From: Bacteroidota bacterium
GTDB taxonomy: Bacteria; Bacteroidota; Bacteroidia; UKL13-3
Length of the DNA: 64,000 nucleotides
NCBI GenBank assembly: GCA_051715425.1
Contig: JBPXJS010000011.1
Coordinates: forward strand, 132,215-196,214
Reading direction: 5' to 3'
Shown: positions 59,620-64,000 of the stretch, piece by piece
Position numbering within the stretch: position 1 is the stretch's first letter
Layout of the letters: every line of letters starts with the position of its first letter
Program-made: the position numbers and the translations under genes
Notes under the pieces: generated by a model
Told to the model about the DNA's origin: nothing
The model's database searches: none
Seen by the model: the letters and a program-made list of their open reading frames with translations, nothing else

Positions 59620-62241
59620 TCAGGTATTGTTTTGCTTGAATCCGATTGTTCTCGACTCGCTTTGAGCAGCGCTGAAATCTATCTTAAACTCTTCCACGTC
59701 TTCGAACTTTAATTCATGAATCATATCGGTATTGCGTTCAGATGGATCAAGTTTGGCCAAACGCAGGTGTTGATTTTTGATAGCCTCTTCAATTACCTTA
59801 CGCACATTTCTGGCGTTTCCAAAAAAACGGTTTCTGGTTTTATGTAAAAACTCCATGTACTCCCGCAAGTGTTTAGATGCTTTTTCCTCCGCTTTAATAC
59901 TGTTGTTTTCCAGCATTCTGATAGAAATATCAAACAACTGCTCTGAAGAATAATCCTGAAAAAGAAATTCGCGGTCGAAACGTGAGTGTAATCCGGGATT
60001 TGACTCGAGGAACCTGCGCATATTATCCGTATAGCCCGCAACAATCACCACAAATTCACCACGGCTGTCTTCCATTCTTTTGAGGATGGTTTCAATAGCT
60101 TCTTTCCCGTAATCATTTTCTCCACCTTCAGAAAGGGCATAGGCTTCGTCAATAAATAAAACGCCACCCATGGCTTTGTTTAATATTTCAGTGGTTTTAA
60201 GGGCTGTCTGGCCAACATATCCGCCCACCAAAGCCTGTCTGTCACATTCCACCAGGTTGCCCCGCTCAAGTATGCCCAATGCTTTGTATACCTGAGCCAG
60301 CAAACGCGCAACTGTTGTTTTTCCTGTTCCGGGATTGCCAATAAATACAGAATGCAGGGAGAATGTTTGCCTGATATCTTTTCCAATTTCTTTATAAAAA
60401 CGTACCAGCTTCACCAGTTCATCAATTTCGTTTTTGATATTGCCAAGCCCGATCATTCCATGAAGTGCGTTGAGTGAAGACCGCAGCAACTCTTCATCTA
60501 CAGGAATATCTGCAATATTTCTGCTTTTTGCTCCAAAAATTTTCAGAATATCTTCAGAACTGATGGTTGATAGTTGCTCCTTGGAAAGATCTCCCGGATT
60601 GCCACCCTGCATAATGCGCAGCCCCATATTCATTTTACTTTCGTCAATAAGGGAGTTTACATAACGCGCGTTACCAAAGGTTTTATCGCGTTCCCTGTAT
60701 GAATCAACCAGCTTTTTATAAAGGGTATCTCTTGCATCTGCACTGAAAGATATGGCTCTTTTGGCTGCGGTATAATCGGCAATCTGCATCAGTTCCTGAG
60801 GGGTATAATCCGGAAACTCATAATGCATGCTAAAACGTGATTTTAAACCCGGATTTGACTCCAGAAAACTGTTCATCTCTTCCGGATAACCGGCAACAAT
60901 AATAGCCAAATCACCTTCACCGTCACTCATTTCCTTTAGCAGAATTTCTATTGCTTCTTTTCCGAAATCTTTAGAGTCGTCATTTTTACGGGCCAGTGCA
61001 TAAGCCTCATCAATAAAAAGAATTCCGCCCTTGGCTTTTTTTATCGCCTCTTTGGTTTTTGGAGCCGTTTGCCCGATATATTCTGCCACCAGATCTGAAC
61101 GGTCGGCTTCAATCACATGTCCTTTGCTTAATAAACCCAGTTCATGATAAATTTTACCCAGCATTTTGGCAACGGTGGTTTTACCTGTTCCGGGATTGCC
61201 TGTAAAAACGGCATGCAGGTTAATTTTATCTGTATCCTCAAACCCTTTTTCTTTGCGCAGCTTAATAAAATTAAGGTAAGTGGTATACTCCTTTACTTTT
61301 TTCTTGATGGAATCGAGGCCAATTAAATCATCCAGTTCCTTTAATACACCAGCTACGGTAGCATCATCAGCAGGTTTTGTTTTTTCAACAGGTTTAGCTT
61401 TTGCTTTAGGCTGCACAGGTCTTGATGTTTCTTTTTCATCAACAAAGGCTTCTCCCACTTCAAAAGGAATAGATGCAATAATCTGATCCATAAATACCGC
61501 ATCCACAGAGTAAATATCGTTCCCCCAGGTTCCTTTCTGGTCAGCTCCCCATCCAATACTGCATTCAAAGCTGGTATCTGTGCCGTTTACAAAAAATATT
61601 TTATCAATGGAGCCCTTTAACTGCCCGCTATGTGTGCGGAAATTAAAAAACATTTCACAGGCCCAGCTTTCCTTATTCTTCAGCAGGTTTTCTGCGTTTA
61701 CTTCTACCCATACATAACGGGTTTCCCGGCCCTCAAAAGAAACAAGGTATTTACGATCCTTACGTGGCACATTAGAGTCGGGGCCCTCATACAAACGTAC
61801 CGATTGCAGCGTAAAATAAGGGTTGCTGGTATCCGTAACTACTCCCTGCTCTTCAATATAAAATACTTTTTCTGCCACAAAAACATTGTCAATCCAGGCC
61901 TCCCAGCGGTAGTTGCCAGGTTTCCAGTATGCTCCGGGGGTTTTTACTCCCCACCCTTCACGCACATAAACAATATTCTCGTCTTTGCGGATAGACCGGT
62001 CGGCCACCAGGTTACAAATTTCGCTGCCATCAATATTGTTTACACATTTGAGGTTTATACGCACGTCCCAGTCTTCTTCATCAAACAGTTTGTTGAAGAA
62101 GGAAAGCTCACAATATATAAAGGTACATTCGGCTTCATCGTACACCAGCCGGTATTTCTTTTCATTATTGGCCAGCCATTCAGTGGAACCGAAAACTTTC
62201 AGGTCCCTGAATTTATAGTGGGTTGGTTTTTCTTTGGCCAT
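59620..62241 (-). CDS. AAA+ ATPase with two CbbX/SpoVK-type modules and a ~280-aa N-terminal domain of unknown function
   Basis: Two Walker A motifs (GNPGTGKTTVAKML and GNPGTGKTTVARLL), each followed by Walker B (ILFIDEAY/VLFIDEAY). Confidence 0.8.
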   Translation of the reverse strand: MAKEKPTHYKFRDLKVFGSTEWLANNEKKYRLVYDEAECTFIYCELSFFNKLFDEEDWDVRINLKCVNNIDGSEICNLVADRSIRKDENIVYVREGWGVKTPGAYWKPGNYRWEAWIDNVFVAEKVFYIEEQGVVTDTSNPYFTLQSVRLYEGPDSNVPRKDRKYLVSFEGRETRYVWVEVNAENLLKNKESWACEMFFNFRTHSGQLKGSIDKIFFVNGTDTSFECSIGWGADQKGTWGNDIYSVDAVFMDQIIASIPFEVGEAFVDEKETSRPVQPKAKAKPVEKTKPADDATVAGVLKELDDLIGLDSIKKKVKEYTTYLNFIKLRKEKGFEDTDKINLHAVFTGNPGTGKTTVAKMLGKIYHELGLLSKGHVIEADRSDLVAEYIGQTAPKTKEAIKKAKGGILFIDEAYALARKNDDSKDFGKEAIEILLKEMSDGEGDLAIIVAGYPEEMNSFLESNPGLKSRFSMHYEFPDYTPQELMQIADYTAAKRAISFSADARDTLYKKLVDSYRERDKTFGNARYVNSLIDESKMNMGLRIMQGGNPGDLSKEQLSTISSEDILKIFGAKSRNIADIPVDEELLRSSLNALHGMIGLGNIKNEIDELVKLVRFYKEIGKDIRQTFSLHSVFIGNPGTGKTTVARLLAQVYKALGILERGNLVECDRQALVGGYVGQTALKTTEILNKAMGGVLFIDEAYALSEGGENDYGKEAIETILKRMEDSRGEFVVIVAGYTDNMRRFLESNPGLHSRFDREFLFQDYSSEQLFDISIRMLENNSIKAEEKASKHLREYMEFLHKTRNRFFGNARNVRKVIEEAIKNQHLRLAKLDPSERNTDMIHELKFEDVEEFKIDFSAAQSESRTIGFKQNNT

Positions 62242-62462
62242 AGTTTAACGTTTAAATAGATTACGTTGCTAATTTCTTATAAGATTCAGTAATTTTAGCG
62301 TTGGTTTCTAATCAGAACGTAAAATTCATGTTTTCAAACGTATATGTTTTGCACAATTTAAACTAGCTTTTAAGCACTTGTATAAAAAAGTAAAAAAGAC
62401 ATTTAATTTTCTTGCGTTTTTCAGGTAAACACATAGCTTTGCAGTCCCTTCAAAAAAACAAA

Positions 62463-62552
62463 GGAGAGATGGGTGAGTGGCTGAAACCACCGGTTTGCTA
62501 AACCGACATACGCTGTTTAGGTGTATCGAGGGTTCGAATCCCTCTCTCTCCG
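62463..62552 (+). tRNA. tRNA-Ser (anticodon GCU)
   Basis: Manual fold: acceptor GGAGAGA/TCTCTCC, anticodon loop uuGCUaa, long variable arm, T-arm GAGGG-TTCGAAT-CCCTC. Confidence 0.8.
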
Positions 62553-62585
62553 CGTAATTTTCAGGGATATACGCAAAACGTATAT

Positions 62586-62659
62586 TACGGGGTGTAGCGT
62601 AGCCTGGTATCGCGCCACATTTGGGATGTGGAGGTCGTAGGTTCGAATCCTGCCACCCC
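62586..62659 (+). tRNA. tRNA-Pro (anticodon UGG)
   Basis: Manual fold: acceptor CGGGGTG/CACCCCG, anticodon stem CCACA/TGTGG with loop uuUGGga, T-arm GTAGG-TTCGAAT-CCTGC, discriminator A. Confidence 0.8.
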
Positions 62660-62700
62660 GACAAAAGAAGGTTGTTCTCGCAGTTTGCGGGACTGACACC

Positions 62701-62733
62701 TAAAAAAGCCTGACTTAAGAGTCAGGCTTTTTT
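62701..62733 (+). terminator. rho-independent terminator after tRNA-Pro
   Basis: gcctgact-taag-agtcaggc followed by TTTTTTT. Confidence 0.7.
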
Positions 62734-62734
62734 T

Positions 62735-62980
62735 ATGATGTATCAGGTATATATCTTATATAGCTCAAAACTGGATAAATATTATGTTGGATTTACGGTA
62801 GATATCAATCACCGTTTGGTTCAGCACAATGCCGGAATAAGTACGTTTACATCGCGGGGCATTCCCTGGGTATTGGTGCATTGCTTTGAAGTTGCAACAG
62901 AACATGAGGCGAGGTTACTTGAGAAAACGATAAAAGGTCGCGGTATAAAAAGGTATCTCAATGACAAAGGAATTAAATAA
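62735..62980 (+). CDS. GIY-YIG nuclease-domain small protein
   Basis: 81 aa with YxVYILxS...YYVGFT...R..QHN and E....RE...K motifs of the GIY-YIG fold. Confidence 0.7.
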   Translation: MMYQVYILYSSKLDKYYVGFTVDINHRLVQHNAGISTFTSRGIPWVLVHCFEVATEHEARLLEKTIKGRGIKRYLNDKGIK

Positions 62981-62984
62981 AGGG

Positions 62985-63068
62985 ATGTGGAGGTCGTATC
63001 CCGCATGCTGCGGGACTGCCACCCCGACAAAAGAAGGTTGTTCTCGCAGTTTGCGGGACTGCCACCCA
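62985..63068 (+). repeat. direct repeat of tRNA-Pro 3' end plus downstream flank
   Basis: gatgtggaggtcgta...gcgggactgccaccccgacaaaagaaggttgttctcgcagtttgcgggactgccaccc duplicates 62625–62700 (tRNA-Pro 3' half and the following ~40 bp). Confidence 0.75.
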
Positions 63069-63219
63069 AAAAGAGGCTGTCTCAAAAGGTGAAACAGCCT
63101 CTTTTTTATTTGGAGGGGTATCTGAGAAAAAATCTTTTATTCAATTCTAAAGCCCTTCAATTTGACTTTTGAGACAGCCTCTTTTTGTTTATCTGATTCC
63201 GAAAAAAATCACATGAAAG

Positions 63220-63372
63220 AATTTCGTGAAAATTCACGGAAGTCTTCTCAATTAAGTTAATCTGTGCAATCTCATGCCTTCGGCTTGACAAGTGTGGCAA
63301 TCCAACGCAAGTCATCTCAAAAAATCATTCGTGCGAATTTCATGCCTTTGGCTTGACAGGCGTGGCTTTAAT
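63220..63372. repeat. two 'E' repeat units (third locus)
   Basis: ggaagtcttctcaa...ctcatgccttcggcttgacaagtgtggc and gcaagtcatctcaa...aatttcatgcctttggcttgacaggcgtggc. Confidence 0.8.
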
Positions 63373-63376
63373 GGCA

Positions 63377-63613
63377 TTAATAGAGTCTGTCTAATGCTTC
63401 CGCGAGTTTTCTGTCTTTATCGGTAATGGTATTGCCTGCATCGTGTGTGCATAAAGAAACGTGCACCTTATTATACACATTGCTCCACTCCGGGTGGTGG
63501 TTCATTTTTTCAATAATAAATGCGGCTTTTACCATCCATGCAAGCGCATCTGTAAAGGTGTTAAATACAAAGGTTTTTTGTAGTTTGTTATTTTCTTCTT
63601 TCCAGGTATCCAT
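63377..63613 (-). CDS. phhB: 4a-hydroxytetrahydrobiopterin dehydratase (PCD/DCoH)
   Basis: 78 aa with the conserved (E/D)xxxHHPxWxNxYNxVxVxLxTHD motif. Confidence 0.8.
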   Translation of the reverse strand: MDTWKEENNKLQKTFVFNTFTDALAWMVKAAFIIEKMNHHPEWSNVYNKVHVSLCTHDAGNTITDKDRKLAEALDRLY

Positions 63614-63942
63614 TACCCAAAAATATCAATCATTCCGGCAAACACCAACAATATTCCCAATGTGGTAAATCCATAGAGCGAAATATGGTAATTAAAATTC
63701 TCATTGCTAAAACATAAGGTACACAAACAACCTGCACCTAAAAACAATACGCCAACGGTAATTAATGAAAGGCCACGGTTTACACGTTTGTTGCCTCTTA
63801 ACCGTTTTACTTCCTGCATCACCACCTGTATGGTAGATTCATCTGCCCCCTCACTCAGCAGGTGTTGTTCAATATCATGATGGCCAAATTGATCCTCCAA
63901 CATGGTTCTGGCTTTTTTCAGATAGTCGTCCATTGTTTTCAT
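63613..63942 (-). CDS. hypothetical membrane protein
   Basis: 109 aa with two C-terminal TM helices. ATGA overlap with phhB. Confidence 0.45.
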   Translation of the reverse strand: MKTMDDYLKKARTMLEDQFGHHDIEQHLLSEGADESTIQVVMQEVKRLRGNKRVNRGLSLITVGVLFLGAGCLCTLCFSNENFNYHISLYGFTTLGILLVFAGMIDIFG

Positions 63943-64000
63943 AGCGTTTCAATTAATAGAATAACTAAATTAATAAATGGGTTTGACAAATACCAACAAG

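Noticed and set aside
62326-62699. ORFs 62326–62664 and 62517–62699 on the minus strand
   Set aside because: They lie antisense across tRNA-Ser and tRNA-Pro, so they are spurious.

Overview
Overall: a 64-kb Bacteroidetes-type chromosomal window (Sphingobacteriia/Chitinophagia-like signs: T9SS C-terminal sorting domains, 'FAQ'-type signal peptides, fused SecDF, split transketolase). Assignments are from reading the ORF translations and the nucleotide sequence by eye; no database searches were run. Housekeeping content: aconitase (5'-partial), CreD-like membrane protein, DAACS symporter, msrB, FAD oxidoreductase, split transketolase with an intervening vWA gene, S8 peptidase, a TetR–TolC–MFP–RND efflux operon, udk, secDF, ExbB/ExbD/OmpA triad, ornithine aminotransferase plus aldehyde dehydrogenase, a double-AAA+ ATPase, tRNA-Ser(GCU), tRNA-Pro(UGG) and a pterin dehydratase. 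Island: a ~20-kb accessory island (about 10.39–31.56 kb) carries ~20 genes, all on the minus strand. It is bounded by inverted composite repeats: an 'E' palindromic interspersed-repeat family plus an 'F' ~110-bp tandem minisatellite. Its intergenic spacers are built from at least four further conserved repeat modules (A–D), giving a cassette-like modular array. Island cargo is defense/toxin-immunity flavoured: two EVE(PUA-like)–nuclease fusions (an HNH and a PD-(D/E)xK; putative modification-dependent restriction enzymes), a TM-anchored PD-(D/E)xK nuclease tightly coupled to the EVE–HNH gene, a DUF4041–T5orf172 protein, a Fic protein, another PD-(D/E)xK-like protein, a GNAT, LMW-PTP-like, TonB-C-like and YwqK/MORN-like repeat proteins, and a duplicated 'GMGYQ' domain pair. 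tRNA locus: a GIY-YIG gene sits just 3' of tRNA-Pro and is followed by a ~50-bp duplicate of the tRNA-Pro 3' end (integration scar), which is followed in turn by more E repeats.
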